64,000 nt of DNA from Octopus sinensis (GCF_006345805.1 NC_043000.1:130324001-130388000), one strand, 5' to 3'. Counted from the stretch's first letter, positions 26,903 to 41,140 are shown. The notes: generated by a model from the sequence alone, not told the origin. Made by a program: numbers and translations.

Positions 26903-27104
26903 CCATCTATTTCTCTCTCTCTCTTTCTTTCTCTTTCAACACACGCGCGTGCGCATGCGCGCATTAAGTTGGCCTCTTGTTATAATTATGTATGCAATTA
27001 TACTAAGAAATTAGATAAGTGTCTGCCACCATTGGCCCAGGCCATGTCTAACTAAATATCACCACCTGGAAAAGACATTTAAATGTGTTTCATATTTGTC
27101 TTTT

Positions 27105-27660
27105 TTTGGTTACTATTGCCCATTTGAGGAGGGAGTTTTTGTTTCAGAGATATACCCGCAGAGGGGATAGTTTATTCGGAATTCCTATGAGATATTCGTC
27201 TGGGAACCGTTTAAATATCAGGGTATCTTCTCTTTTGTGTCTTGTTATGATGTTAAACAGAGCAGGGCCAGTTAAGATTAAATAGTTCTGTCTTATTATT
27301 CTGATGTGACGCGAATATGATTTTTGCAGAGGACGAGTAGCTCGGGGACCACGCACCGGATGAATTTTAAACTTGAACCAACATCATTTTTGTCAGTGCT
27401 GTTGGAATATTTTCCACATCATATAGCGCTCACGGCGTCTATTTTCCTTGCCCTCGATCTCCGCAGTGCTTCAATGTTATGATATTCTCTGTCAGGTAGG
27501 AAGACCATAGCAGACAACAGTATTCAAGGTGAGGACGGGCAAAGGTGGAGAAGAGAATGTTAAAAGCGTCTCTAGACCGAAAAGTACAGAGGATCTACGA
27601 TTACGCTCTGCGGCCATGTCGACTTCGTTGTTCATATGGACACCCCAGCTTAAGTTACCG
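27105..27660 (-). mobile_element. CR1/L2-group LINE 3' fragment (RT C-terminus)
   Basis: Minus strand FARPHLEYCCLLWSSY, RRRERYM and NYLILTGPALFNI, with frameshifts; typical CR1-group tail motifs (RPHLEY, ERRRER, GPxLFN). Confidence 0.8.
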
Positions 27661-27697
27661 AAAATTACAATTATTTGTTGGCATAAATTATTAATCC

Positions 27698-27873
27698 AAA
27701 CAAGCACAAGGCCACACAATTCCAGGAGAAGGAAATGAGATCGTATAAGATTGATGATTTGTCTTAAACACATTTACAAGATATGGGGAATGAATTCGTT
27801 TCGATTTCAAATCAAAGCTGACACAGAGAACCAGGTCGCAGATTTGTCTGAGCCTGGACTAGTAAAGGTATGT
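27698..27873 (+). repeat. Diverged direct repeat, partner at 38460-38636
   Basis: About 175 bp alignable (GATATGGG-AATGAAT...CAAATCAAAGC-GACAC...CAGATTTGT...CTGAGCCT-GACTAGTAAAG). Confidence 0.85.
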
Positions 27874-27903
27874 CCTTCTCTTCCTCTATCTCTTTCTTTC
27901 CTC

Positions 27904-27945
<42 letters not shown>

Positions 27946-28788
27946 ATTATTATATAGCCAATTAACTGCATGTGTATTTATATTACAAGGAAGAAAATAA
28001 CCCTGCATGAAGGCAATATTTTTCTTTACTTTAAAGTAAATTTAAGTTTAATGGAATGAAGTACTTCATATAATATTTATATATTTATTTAATTCAATTT
28101 CCGTTTCTTTTTCTTTTGAAATATAAATTCCATAATTTCTCATAGTTACTACTATCTGAGTTTTATTGAATATCTTCAATACAGAGTAATTAAGTTTTTA
28201 TTAATTACATTTTACTATTGCATAATGGACGGACGGAGAGAGAAAGAAAGAAGAAAATATTCCAGCAGACAGAAATTATTTATTTGTAACCAGCAGAGAG
28301 AGAGACAACTCAGAGTCGGTAGCAGTATAAATTTGGACAACAGAAACGAATGAGTTATACTAAATACCATAAAAGATAGAGATTCGATTCATTGAAATTA
28401 TCCTCGCTTCGATAGGTATACAGATGACTAGAGTCAACTGCGCCCGAGTCTAAATGAAAAGTGGGGATAATCTTGAAAATCAAGGATTCTCTGGAATTAA
28501 CATCTTATGAAAAAGGCTTGATTTGTGTTTAATGCAGAAATGAAGACACCCGTGAATGCGTGCCTCTACATCACATGCTGTTAGCAGCAGACCAGTTATT
28601 TTATCTTTTTTCCTCCAGATATTAAATATTAGAACTGTCCGAAACGGGCAGTGAACTTTCATGGCCTAGGATAATTAGCATAATTAAAACAAAATGAGCT
28701 AAGCGAGATAACTCAGTCGGACAACTACCACGAATAAAGTTATACTAAAAACCATGCATATTTAATTCTTCTTCTTTATATTGAATTA

Positions 28789-29877
28789 CTAGCTTAAGGT
28801 AACCGCCTCTAGGCGCGGGTGTGGTTGTTACTCTCTGTTGCTTCCTTTCTGTTTCTTATCGCCATATTCTCTCTCTTTGTTTCTCTCTCCTTTCTCCCTC
28901 ACTTTGCCATTCTCTTACTCTTCCTTTCTCTCGGACTCTCCCTCGCTTTCTCTTACTCTCTATCTTTCTCTGTCTATCTCTCTCCCATTTATAAAAAACA
29001 AAAGATCGCGAGTAAGTTGAGAAATAAAATATTTTGAAAGATCAATCATAAATATCAGGCAACGGGAAGTACACTTGCCTTTTATACGTGCCACAATTTG
29101 AGCGATTAAAAATAAGGAAATATAGGATTTCTTTGTTAAATTTAGTACTTATTTGGGGAATTTTTCGACGATTGACCATGCAAATGAAAGCTCTAAACAC
29201 GGGCTACATGCAGCTGTAAATTTCTTTCAGTAAAAATGAAAACTGTAAACAATAAAAAATAAAAGGCAAAAATACGTAAAAATGAGAAATTTGTGTCAAC
29301 TTCAAAAATCTTGCCTTAATTTTCAAAATTTCGAAGCCATTTTCCGCGCTTAAATTACAAATCCGCTTCCACTTTACCATGTTGAAAATTTGAGTGAATT
29401 CGGGCTAAAATTTGAGTGAATTCGTCCCCAAGTGTTCCCAAAAATCAATAAAATCCCCGTTTTCATATTAAAGCAACCACTGTAGCGCCCCCAAAACGTC
29501 TTCCAATCAATTTCTCACCTCAAGTTACCCTCTCCTGTAAATTTTAACCAACCTTCCAGCCCCATTTAGACCCCTTTTTACATAAAAATCCAATTTGTAC
29601 CAACGTTCGCCTTCTTCATATTATAGATTAGATTTTCACTTTGAACGGTTAACCAACCTCTAGTGAGAATAGCGCTCGATTCTGAGTGAGAAGGTGGGAT
29701 AATACACATTAAGCAGAGCCTAAAGCTGTTACATACATTCAATGTGAAGTTATTAATAAAACATCGATGGCAAGGGGGTCTAGAAATCGGGTCGTCTTCG
29801 ATGGCATCTTTAGTATGTTTGTATATACTCACGCGCGCGCCCACACATGCATATTTTATATCCTCGAAGTAATATGA
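28789..29877 (-). mobile_element. Non-autonomous Helitron
   Basis: Minus-strand 3' hairpin CCGC-GCCTAGAG-GCGG then CTAG/T at 28789; the 5' A/TC end at 29877 is less certain. Confidence 0.5.
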
Positions 29878-32202
29878 TTTTAACATCTAACTCGAGTTTG
29901 ATAGAAAATAGTTTTCTAAGTCTTATTTAGACACTGTATATTTCTCTATGTACGTTGTGTTGTTCGTAATTTTGCCCAAGCAAACCCACAGTGTTCTGAA
30001 TACGGTTCCCTTACGTAGCCCTTCGGTAAAGTGTCTTCTGCCATGGTCTCTGGTTTGCTAATACTTTGTAATTGAAATATGGCAGGTAGAAACAGTGCGG
30101 AAACCATCTAAATATGATGAAATAGTCATTGCTGGAAGACACACGATCGTAGCTGGTTTGATTTGCCTTGACATATATTATTTTCGTATAAAAAACTGGC
30201 AGAAACTTCCCTGAAACTATATATTGTGCTTTTTATTGTTGTTGGGGTTATTCAAACGTACCTCAGCCCAATCAAACACACATATAAACAAGAGCTTTGT
30301 TTTCAGGTATAGTGTATCTCAAACTGTATAATTAAGTCTTCTTTCATTAAATATTTAAGGTATGCTTTGGAAGAGATTCGGCTACTGTTTCTAGGAGGTA
30401 GTTTGCCCACATTGTCTCTTTACTGTCTCATATTTTCGTAAGTAAAGCTACTTAAACACAAGCTTCTCCTTTATATATTTATGCATGAATAATACTATTT
30501 TTAAACTATGTAACTTACTTAAATATATACACGTTATAAAGACCTCTAACAAGCAAATATACACACATGTACACACACATATACCCGCTTACAAACAAAG
30601 AGAATGTCAATATCTTAGACGCACCGACTGGGTGCACATTTATCACACATACAAACGCACACAAGCATTAATCCACCCTCACACAAACTCACACATCTAT
30701 CATACACAGTTATCTCAAACCGACAGATGTATATAGACTGATATATATATTTTAAACTTTTCAGTAAGTTAATCATAAATATTCATTTCTATCGATGTTA
30801 TTTACCAAGAGAATTGTAGTAAACGTCGTTGAAATTATCTTAGGAATAAAGAAAACGAAATTGTCTCCCGGAATTATCAAAAAGGAAACGCAATTCTTCT
30901 CAATTCTTTAAGTTATTTTTTTTTATATTCAGTGCCACTTCCATTATTCATTCCTGCTATGTTCTTCCCACTTTTTCTTTTGCACAAATTAAATAAATTA
31001 CATTATTGAGAGTCATTACCAAATGGTAAGAATTTAACTTATAGAGGTAGATATCTCATGTAGTTTCACTTGTGTATACTATTAGTGGCTTATTTCGCAA
31101 CATCTATATCAAAAATAGACGTAACTTTACAGGACATTGACACAGACAATCAAGAACATACGAAAAGTAGAATCTAGGTGCAAAAGTCATGCTGCTCAGC
31201 GCAAGCCATCTGTCTGGAGCGTTCATATTCCACAGAGCGGGTTATAAATTTGTGTATGCCGGTGCCAAAAAGCAGCTGCGACCTAATCATCAGCCGCGAA
31301 GGAGTATAATGCAGCTAAGGATGAGTAAAGTTTGGTGACAAATACTTTTAACAATTCTGTCTGAGTAAAAGAGCCAGGCTTCATGCAGTATCCAAGGGAG
31401 AAGATTACAGTATGACTGATGATGTACAGAAAATTAACTTTCTTCAAGGGTAAACCATAGACAAGTGTAGTTTAAGCATAATTGTTGGCACCATAATCTT
31501 TTTAAGTCACGTTCGAAATTTCTAATATCAGTTTCCGCTAATAAGATTAACGCAATCCTAGTAAGTAAAACATTCTCAATGAGAGAGAAGCTCATGTATA
31601 TTTGAAGATCATGGTTTCATCAAGTAAGCAATATGATAGAACACTCCACAAAAATAAACAAGATTAACTCATTTGCCATAAAATGTACAATTTAGTAATT
31701 AGATATGAGATCATTATGTCAGGCCAAAACCCAGGAGCGTAAGTTTGAAAAATAAAATTCTGTGGGTGAATTGTGATTTATAACCGATTTGCAGCTCAGT
31801 TTGCAATGCGACATAAATCATGATTCTGTTGCAACATGGCAACACCGACAGTGAAACCAGTAGTAATGGACAGAGTATCGCTAGCGTTAGATGATACCCG
31901 TCAATATATGTTAAAAGGAAACAACATATCTGGGGCTCTACGACTATGAATGAGTAATGTCATTAATAAGTAAATTGAATGCGTATGGAGCTATCGCCCT
32001 TCCCTGAGATACACAAACTGGGCTAATATATTAATCATAGCACGCATTGTTGACGTTTACTATATGTTCCTAAAAGAATGTTGCCTAAGCATCAAAAAAG
32101 ATAATTGCCTATCCATAGAGAAGTTCTTGTAAAATAACTGTATAGAGTAGAGTATCAAAAGCTATAGCCGAATCAAGAAAAACATGCAAAAGATTTTACA
32201 TT

Positions 32203-32460
32203 CAATGTGGCATTCCGTCGGTTACGACGACGAGGGTTCCAGTTGATCCGATCAACGGAATATCCTGATCGTTAAATTAACGTGCAAATGGCTGAGCACT
32301 CCACAGCCACGTGTACCCTTAATGTAGTTCTCGAGGAGATTCAGCTGGAGCTTGAGGTGTTTTCGCTCAATAAACACCCACAACGCCCGATTTGGGAATC
32401 GACACCGCGGATCTACGACCTCGAGTCCGCTGCCCTAACCACTGGGTCATTGCGCTACCA
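32203..32460 (-). mobile_element. tRNA-derived SINE family D
   Basis: Minus-strand head GCGCAATGACCCAGTGGTTAGGGCAGCGGACTCG...GTCGATTCCC (box A and B) with a non-tRNA body; a related decayed head lies at ~26165-26241. Confidence 0.75.
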
Positions 32461-32528
32461 CGACATTCAAGGTGGGACATTTTTAACCGTAGACCTGGCT
32501 GTTTGGGTATTTTCTATGACACACATAT

Positions 32529-32565
<37 letters not shown>

Positions 32566-33330
32566 GCTCTGTCTCTCTCTCTCTCCAGTTTTTCGTGAAC
32601 ATAATTGTATTCCTTACAAATAGATGTGCAGATGTTCAAAACCAGGGGAGATTCAGCATGAAAATTTCATCCTTGCCACATTGCATCGCGTTACTTCTAC
32701 TTATTCACATAAAGGGAACACAGGTTTGTGGAAGGGAATAACCAGTCAAATTCATGCTAATTCAATGATCAAGTAATTCGGGCGATCAAACAAATAGAGC
32801 CTTATAATGACAACCAATGGCTATTCCGTTCGTTGGGGAATAAATACAGTAAGTTATCTGTAACATCCAAATTCAGTAGAAAAATTTAGACAATTAGAAT
32901 TTGAGAAAACTAAAATGTTTTTACTGACTAAACATGATAGTAGGTTGCTAACGTTATAGGAAACTGAGGACAAATATGACAACCTATTAGAATCGGATTT
33001 TCTATCTTTACTTTTGTAGATTAATACAATAACGATGGAATTCAAGAAATACCCTAAATTTTAGACACTGATGTCCTACTGGGTTAAAAAATATGATTTC
33101 GAATTCTCTTCCAACCAATTCGATACTGGAAGTGTTACTTTGTTTTTGAAGAAGATTTTTAAAACAGATCGAAATCACTATGCTTACGCTACCATAAACT
33201 CTCTTTCTCTATATGTGCGTTCCTTACAAAATTACTAATATCGATATTAATAGATGTACTGTGTGTGTGTGTGCGAGTGTGTGTGTATGTGTGTCAGAGA
33301 GAAAAAGAGTATGTAGATGTATATATATGC

Positions 33331-33372
<42 letters not shown>

Positions 33373-34525
33373 ATGTGTGTGTGTATGTGTGTGTGGGTAC
33401 ATCCATACCTATATATTACATTTGTATGTATATGTAAATTAAATTTCAATAATTTCTTACAATTCTACTTTGATCTATTTTATTAATTTGCAAACTTGTC
33501 TATTAATTTTCTTTCTTTCTTCAATTTCTTTGCTTTCTAATGTTCAAACTTTATGTTAAGTTGTATAATATTCATCAACAGAGCCATTGTGTGCTGCGTG
33601 ACATTCTTCAAAGCTCGTTTTTAAACATTCTTCCAAGTAGTTTCACTTCATTCAATAATCAAAACTCACTGTAACACAACTTTCTTTACTGTTTTATGTC
33701 CATTTCCAAACAAAAACATCTATTTATATCAATCTCACCCAGTTGTCCTTCAGTGAAGTAATCTCTAAAATGTCTACAGATACGGCTATATTTTTAATAA
33801 TTTAAACTAACATGAAATATGCGCAAAAACTGCACAAATACTAAAGAATTGTTATTTTTGCTGTACAATCCCAGGCGAGCTCCGGAACTACTGCACTAAA
33901 ATCAAATATATTCAAGCAGAGAAGATTCCGCCCTTATTCTAAACAGTACATCTTGGGTTATATCATCCAATATCATTTCCTTGTAAGGATGGTATGATTG
34001 ACGGAGATTTGGTTGCTGTTTGTAGCAGTTAGCGAAAACACGTACAAGATTCCTCATTGTTCTTGCCTCTAAGCTATGTTAATGTGATTGACTGAATTCT
34101 TGCAAAGAAAAGCAAAAGAGGCGGCACCTGTTATAGGCAAACTAAAACTAGAATAACATACATGTTGTCATTTAGTACTAATACACTTCGAATATGAAGG
34201 TACTTGATGTTTTCATGAACAAAAATATTATTGTAATCCTGCCTGTTAGGAAGTGTAACAGTTACGCAACCTTCAAGAAATCCCAGTAACACCAACGAAA
34301 CAAAGAAAGCGATCAAGTGTATTTCATATCAAATTCTACAATTTTTCAAGGAAGAAGAAAGATACGGAACCAGTGACGGCAACGTCGAGACAAATGACAA
34401 TGCTTAGAGTCCTCTAAACGACAAATGTAAATATGCAGTTTATTTTACTTAAATCATAGATTACACAAAGCTAGACTTTGTTATCATGAAATATATCAGA
34501 TGAAGACGACCCACATGGTTTCCCT

Positions 34526-34723
34526 TTTATTCTTTTATTCTTTTATTTGTTTCAGACATTTGACTGCGGTCATGCTGGAGCACCGCCTTTAGTCGAGCAA
34601 ATCGACCCCAGGACTTATTCTTTGTAAGCCTAGTACTTATTCTATCGGTCTCTCTTGCTGAACCGCTAAGTGACGGGGACGTAAATACACCAGCATCGGT
34701 TGTCAAGCAACACTGGGGGACAA

Positions 34724-34780
<57 letters not shown>

Positions 34781-34856
34781 CGACGGGCGTCTTTAAGTTA
34801 CCACACAGACACTCGGTTGTCAAGCGATGTTGGGGGGGGGCAAATACAGATACACA

Positions 34857-34893
<37 letters not shown>

Positions 34894-35025
34894 GACGGGC
34901 TTCTTTCAGTTTCTTTCAGTTTCCGTCTACTAAATCCACTCATAAGACACTTGCCCAAGGTACCACGCAGTGGGACTGAACCCGGAACCATATGGTTCGT
35001 AAGCAAGCTACTTACCACACAGCCA
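34526..35025 (-). mobile_element. SINE family B with internal duplication
   Basis: The CGGTTGTCAAGC...ACGACGGGC block appears twice (~34698-34790 and ~34815-34900). Confidence 0.88.
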
Positions 35026-35653
35026 TATTGTTAATGCTTGCAAAATTAAAATAGACAATACAAGCATATGGCACCTTTACTCATTTAAACCGGAATCGGA
35101 GTGTCAAGTCACAAAATCTGCACTCCTGCACAGGTAAAAATAAAACAGCAGCGTGCAGCGCATCTTTCAGGTGTAACTTCCAAACAAATCAATTTTACCT
35201 TTCATCCATCTGGTGCCGATAAAATATAAAATAATTCAAGCACTGGAATCGTTTTAACCAACTCCAAATTCTTGGTCTAGTGCCAACGTTAAAAATCCAT
35301 AGAGGCTGTGTTGCTATAGTGTAAAACTGCATTACAGTATTGAGTTACATCCCTTTATGTTTCGAGTCAAATGTTTGGCTTTCACTCCTCCAGGTCGATA
35401 AAATAAGTAGTATGCCTCTATATATTTGTGATCTCCTGCCAATGTTAGATATCAATATTTCTTCTGGTTTTGTGAAAATATATTAGAAGCAAGAGCAGAG
35501 TAGTGGCAAGTGAAAATTAGCGATTCTTTTTCGGTTTCTAATGGAATCAACATTGTATCGTTTACATCAATCCCTGCTTCTATGGTTTTCTTTAATACAA
35601 AGAAGTTAAATTACTTTACCTATCCTACCCTAACCTAAAATCTAATTCTTTTA

Positions 35654-35656
<3 letters not shown>

Positions 35657-35727
<71 letters not shown>

Positions 35728-37524
35728 CTTTGTCTGTCTGTCTGTCCTTCTATTGTCTGTTCCCTGTGTATTCTCAAACAGCTCGATTAAATCAAATCAA
35801 ATTTTACAAGGAAACAGTATGAGACCCTGTCAGAGTAATATTTTTTCATTTGGATAAAAACAATATAACATTTGTACAGGTTCGGTATTACGTGTCAAAC
35901 GAGAAAGTATAAGATATATATTGTAATGTCATATACTTTTGTTTCACTTTCATTCTTTCACTTTTCATTCGAAGCCTATAATATTGTTTCACATTTATTC
36001 TTTCACTTTTAATTCTATTTTGATAAATAAATGACTAATTCATATCCTAATGAGAACAGCATTACGCATCGGCAACTTTCCGTCTTTACCGCCATGGCAG
36101 CGGAATGGTGTGCCAGTGTATGTGTGTTGATTAACATAACAAATGCTGGAACTGAAACTCTTGACAAAAAACAATGAGGTGGCAGGTCCAAGGTATATAA
36201 AAATACACATTTACCGTTCAATTACCAGTTCATAATTATTGTAGCAGTTGCAAGTTTGCAATGTATATATAATTAGATATTTACCCTTAAATTAATGGAG
36301 TCTCAAAAGAGAAGGGAGATGAGACTTTCTCAAGATCACCAAAAGGCATGCTGGAGCACAACAAATGGCGTCTCAAGAGATAAGGTAGATGAGACTTTCC
36401 CAAGATCACCAAAGACATGCTGCAACACATCAAATGGAATCTCAAAAGAGAAGTGAGACGAGACTTTCCTAAGTCCAGCAAAGGCATACTGCAGCACATG
36501 AAATGGAGTCTCAAGCGAGAAGAGAGACGAGACTTTCTCAAAATTAGCAAACGCATGCTGCAGCACATCAAATGGAGTCTAAAAGACAGAAACAGGATGA
36601 GACTTTCTCAAGATGAGCAGACGCATACTGCAGGATGTCAGATGCAGTCTCAAGAGAGAAGGGAGGTGAGGCTTTCCCAAGATCAGCAAAGATATGTGGC
36701 AACACATGATGCTGCATCATTAAAACAGCATTTTCATGATTAAACAGAAGTCCAATAGAACAGCTCCCAAAAACAGACGACGTACAAATTTGTTCTACAC
36801 AATTCCTGGATCTACTTTCAGATATGACCCATTCCATTCTTATAAAATGATAATGGTGTCGAAATTGCCGTGCTCAACTCGAATTGACGTTTCTGCAAAG
36901 CTTTAAAATTTCCGAAAGAAACTAATGGCAGGTGCTACTCAGGTGGTAAGGTAAGATTGTCAGCGCTATATGGAAAAGCACTTCCATTCAGTTAAAGGAT
37001 TTTCTAAACAATATCAGACAATACAACTCTACATTTCAAATGACATTGTATGATGCATCTAAAGAGATAGTTGAACATAGATTTACCCCGTCGTTAAAAC
37101 TTCAAGGGCAATTCTATCACCTCATTGCTTCCCTGTTACCCACAAATGAACTTCCATAGTTCCTCCAAATTTACTTTACGAGTGATGTAGGACAACAAAC
37201 CCAAAGGAAGTCTCAAAGTTTCAGACGATGGCTCGTGTTAGACTCAGCGCGGACCGCCACAATGGAGAGTATATCCACTAACAACTTTGTGGTGCGTTAA
37301 AAAATTACATACACCCGACCCCAATTTTACATGAGAGGTTAGAACCTGGAATATTCCAAAGGGACGCCTAACATATCGCTTAGTCGAATTAGCCCATTAT
37401 TTACTCCACAAATATCTTTTCGTTAATGCTGCACTTTCCAGTATCCCCTGTTTCAACGTAACTGTAATATATTACATACAAACTATGCCATTTAATCCCG
37501 AGCAACGCCGGGTATCTCTGCTAG
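35657..37524 (+). mobile_element. Internally deleted Helitron
   Basis: 5' TC in A/TCTC..TATA then (GTCT)n (exact start blurred by the microsatellite); coding remnant; 3' hairpin CCCGAGCAACGCCGGG plus CTAG/T at 37521-37525. Confidence 0.85.
36295..37180 (+). pseudogene. Helitron RepHel N-terminal remnant: six 23-aa repeats, Cys motif and conserved N-terminal block
   Basis: Six ATGs at 36295, 36365, 36434, 36503, 36572 and 36642 (69-bp period, consensus MESQERRETRLSQDQQRHAAAHQ); then FCKALKFPKETNGRCYSGGKV, FLNNIRQYNSTFQMT and KLQGQFYHLIASLLP...FLQIYF. Confidence 0.85.
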
Positions 37525-38459
37525 TTGAAAATAAATATTTTAATTTTATGAATTTTGAAGCAGTAACCACGTGAATACAAAGAAGAAAGAGTATTTTGCT
37601 TTAAATATAACTCCGGATATACAAACAGATACTGAAATAAAATAATGGTGACATACTTTGGCAAAAAACTAAAACAATTCCAATAAAGAGGAATCGTCCA
37701 TTAAGCAATCTAAATATATGAATGGTAATTCCTTTATCTTGTATAGAATAGCCTAAAAGGAAAAACGATGTCACTGAAATTTGAACTCAGAATCAAAATC
37801 ATTCAGAATGGACTGGGATAGATTACCTAAGGTATAATGTGGATTTAAATGGAAATCATCTAGAATGCCAAATCTAGATCGTCAAAAAGAATATGGTGTT
37901 GATGTTGCGCTGAGAGAAATGGATATTACATGGGGCAAGTCACAGAGAGTTTGATCTGTGACTAGGCGAGATTTACAAATTAGAAACTAAAAACATGAAA
38001 ATAAGCCACTGCAAGATATTTTGTCCGTCGCCTTAGCGAATCTGTTTACCACTGCTAGCAGATGAGTCCGGGAACGGTAACTCATCCTAATAAAGAAATA
38101 GCAACCGAGTCCCCATCCTTGAATCATAAATACCTCTCTTCAGAAAATGCACAAAGTTTCTGAAGTCCTAAATAAACTTTATGCAAAAAATAACAAAAAG
38201 ACGCAGTCGTTACGGCTGTATTGTATTTGATTATAGGTCTGCTTGATCAGAGCTGACATGAATTTAAGCAACATCAATAACACCGATAAGAACAGCCACA
38301 ATGACCACCACAACCTTCTTCGCTGCCCTTAAACTATGAAATATAATACTAACCTACACAAAATTGACAAAGGCATAAATTACAACTATAAACGAAATCC
38401 AAAGGCAAAACCAAAAACGAAAACAAGCAAAGCTTATTTGTTGTCATAAATGACTGTAG

Positions 38460-38636
38460 AAACAAGCACAAGGCCGCGAAATTACAGGGAAAGGAAATGG
38501 GGTCGAGTAAGGTTTATGATTTTCTCTAAGACATTAACAAGATATGGGAAATGAATATGCTTCGATCTCAAATCAAAGCAGACACGCGGAACCATGTCAC
38601 AGATTTGTGTCTGAGCCTTGACTAGTAAAGAAATGT
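38460..38636 (+). repeat. Diverged direct repeat, partner at 27698-27873
   Basis: See partner. Confidence 0.85.
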
Positions 38637-38690
38637 TCCCCGCTCTCTTTCTGTTTCTCTCTCTCTCTCTCTTTCCTTCTTTTTTATTGA

Positions 38691-38698
38691 TGTTGTTG

Positions 38699-38753
<55 letters not shown>

Positions 38754-38915
38754 CATTATTATTATCATTATCATTATTATTATCCTTGTTGTATTCGTAG
38801 TATGATTATTGTTAATATCATTATTATTATTATAATTATTATTATTATTATATTATTATTATTATTATTATATTATTATTATTATTATTATCATCATCAT
38901 CATCATCATCATCAC
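38691..38915 (+). repeat. Compound (GTT)/(TTA)/(TCA) microsatellite
   Basis: Direct reading. Confidence 0.95.
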
Positions 38916-39549
38916 TTTCATGATGCTTTCTGCACACGGTACCTGTATTCGTCAATCAGGAAATCATTGCTAACACAATATATATATATATATATGGCTA
39001 TGAAAAAAATATTGGGATGAGAAATTACCAAATCAATCACAGCAATAGAGAGAGAGAAAACGAAAGAAAAGTGACACATAGAGACCGTGAGAATGTGAGA
39101 AAAAAAGAGAGAGAAAAGAATCTGTCAACGAAGAGCGAAAACGGACACCTTAAAACAATAACAAGAACAAATTCATTGGGAAGTATAAAATATATCCATT
39201 TAGTGGTGGCATACCAAATAGAAATAGAGAAAGACAAACAATTACGCATGCGCGTGTGAAGATAGTGACACATAAACACACACTCATATGTGCAGACTTT
39301 CTTTCACACGTAAGAATAATCTTATGTAGACACATTACATATAGAGACATAACTACTTAGATGAATACAAAATTTAAGCACAAACCAGCACTCAAATTCA
39401 GACAAAAGAAATCAGAAGCGCACAAGAGTCGGAGACACAATGGTATATGTACTTGGGTCTTATCTATCTATCTATCTATATATATATATGTGTGTGTGTG
39501 TGTATGTGTGTGTGTGTGTGTGTATGTGTGTGTGTGTCTGTGTGTGTGT

Positions 39550-39987
39550 ATACTCTTTTTACACTTTTTACTTGTTTCAGTCATTTGACTGCGGCCATGC
39601 TGGAGCACCGCCTTTAGTCGAGCAAATCGACCCCGGGACTTATTCTTTGTAAGCCCAGTACTTATTCTTTGTAATCCCAGTACTTATTCTATCGGTCTCT
39701 TTTGCCGAAACGCTAAGTTACGGGGACGTAAACACACCAGCATCGGTTGTCAAGCAATGCTAGGGGAACAAACACAGACACACAAACATATTCACACACA
39801 CTTATATATATATACATATATACGACAGGCTTCTTTCAGTTTCCGTCTACCAAATCCACACACAAGGCATTGGTCGGCCCGGGGCTATAGCAGAAGACAC
39901 GTGCCCAAGATGCCACGCAGTGGGACTGAACCCGGAACCATGTGGTTGGTTAGCAAGCTACTTACCAAACAGCCACTCCTGCGCCTA
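39550..39987 (-). mobile_element. SINE family B, full length
   Basis: Reverse-complement match to 22871-23280, with a small internal tandem duplication (CCCAGTACTTATTCT). Confidence 0.9.
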
Positions 39988-40082
39988 TATATATAATATT
40001 ATATATATATAATATTATATATAATATTATAATATATACATACATAGACGCATAGACACTCACAGACACATATATATGTGTG

Positions 40083-40121
<39 letters not shown>

Positions 40122-40915
40122 TCACACCTACATCCTCCCACCCTCCTCTCCTGTCTTGCTCTGGCATCAACTTCCTCTCTTCACTCTAACCCACCTTCTC
40201 CCTTTCATCCTCTCTCTTCATCATCACTCCCTCCCTCGTTACCCCACCCCTACACATTCTAATCTCACCATCCCTATACATCCGATCCCACCCACACCAT
40301 ATCCCTTAGACCCCCACCCTTGCTTTCCCCACTCTCGCCTCTCCACCACCACCATACCATCACACCACACAAAACCATACCACACCACACCGCACACACT
40401 AGCACTAACCATTTTCCAGCCCCCACAACAGCGCACACAACGATCGTACTGCATTACCTCTGGATATTCTTGTTGCTTACTTTGATTATGATCACCTTAT
40501 ATATATGGAAAAAAATTGAGATATACAGTTGTCAATTCAAAAATTCAAATTTATCAACATAATATTATATTATATATTCCTATAATAATATAATATAATA
40601 AATAAATATTAAATATTAAATGAAAATAGATATTAAATGAAAATTACATATAATTGTTTCGATTCTTCCCCATAATAAAATTATAAAAATCTATTGTTTG
40701 TGGGTAAGTATTTCTTCAGTGTAATTGTTGATATATGAGCATTCGGAGATCCAAGAAAAGCCTGAATAATAAAAAAATAACAAAGAGAGAGATAAAACTA
40801 TAAATGAAATATGAAAAATAGACTAAAATAACGGTCTAAAATATATTTATATACTATTATTTTAATCTGAATATTATATATTATGTATTATATATTATAC
40901 ATAGATATATATGTA

Positions 40916-40951
40916 TGTCCGACGAACGGGAACGTGAAATTCTAAGTAACA
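40916..40951 (+). ncRNA. Decayed type I hammerhead (U4->C)
   Basis: UGU-CCGACGA-ACG(GGAA)CGU-GAAA-UUCUAAG-UA/ACA; 3' halves of the same family occur at ~52311 and ~52733. Confidence 0.55.
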
Positions 40952-41026
40952 GGTTTTGTGATATTTTTGCTGCTTTTTAATAAAGTATATATATGTGTAT
41001 GTATGTATATGTATATACACACATAC

Positions 41027-41086
<60 letters not shown>

Positions 41087-41093
41087 TATATAT

Positions 41094-41140
<47 letters not shown>

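Noticed and set aside
27492-27560. Apparent plus-strand exon (CTGTCAG...CAAG/GTGAGG)
   Set aside because: It lies in the antisense of the CR1 RT fragment (RPHLEY motif).
31416-31440. CUGAUGA-UGUACA-GAAA
   Set aside because: Two-bp helix II and no helix I; chance.
32400-32460. tRNA gene
   Set aside because: Box A/B are present but there is no acceptor stem, and it continues into a SINE body.
36295-36710. CRISPR-like array
   Set aside because: These are contiguous diverged 69-bp coding repeats with no unique spacers, in a eukaryotic Helitron context.
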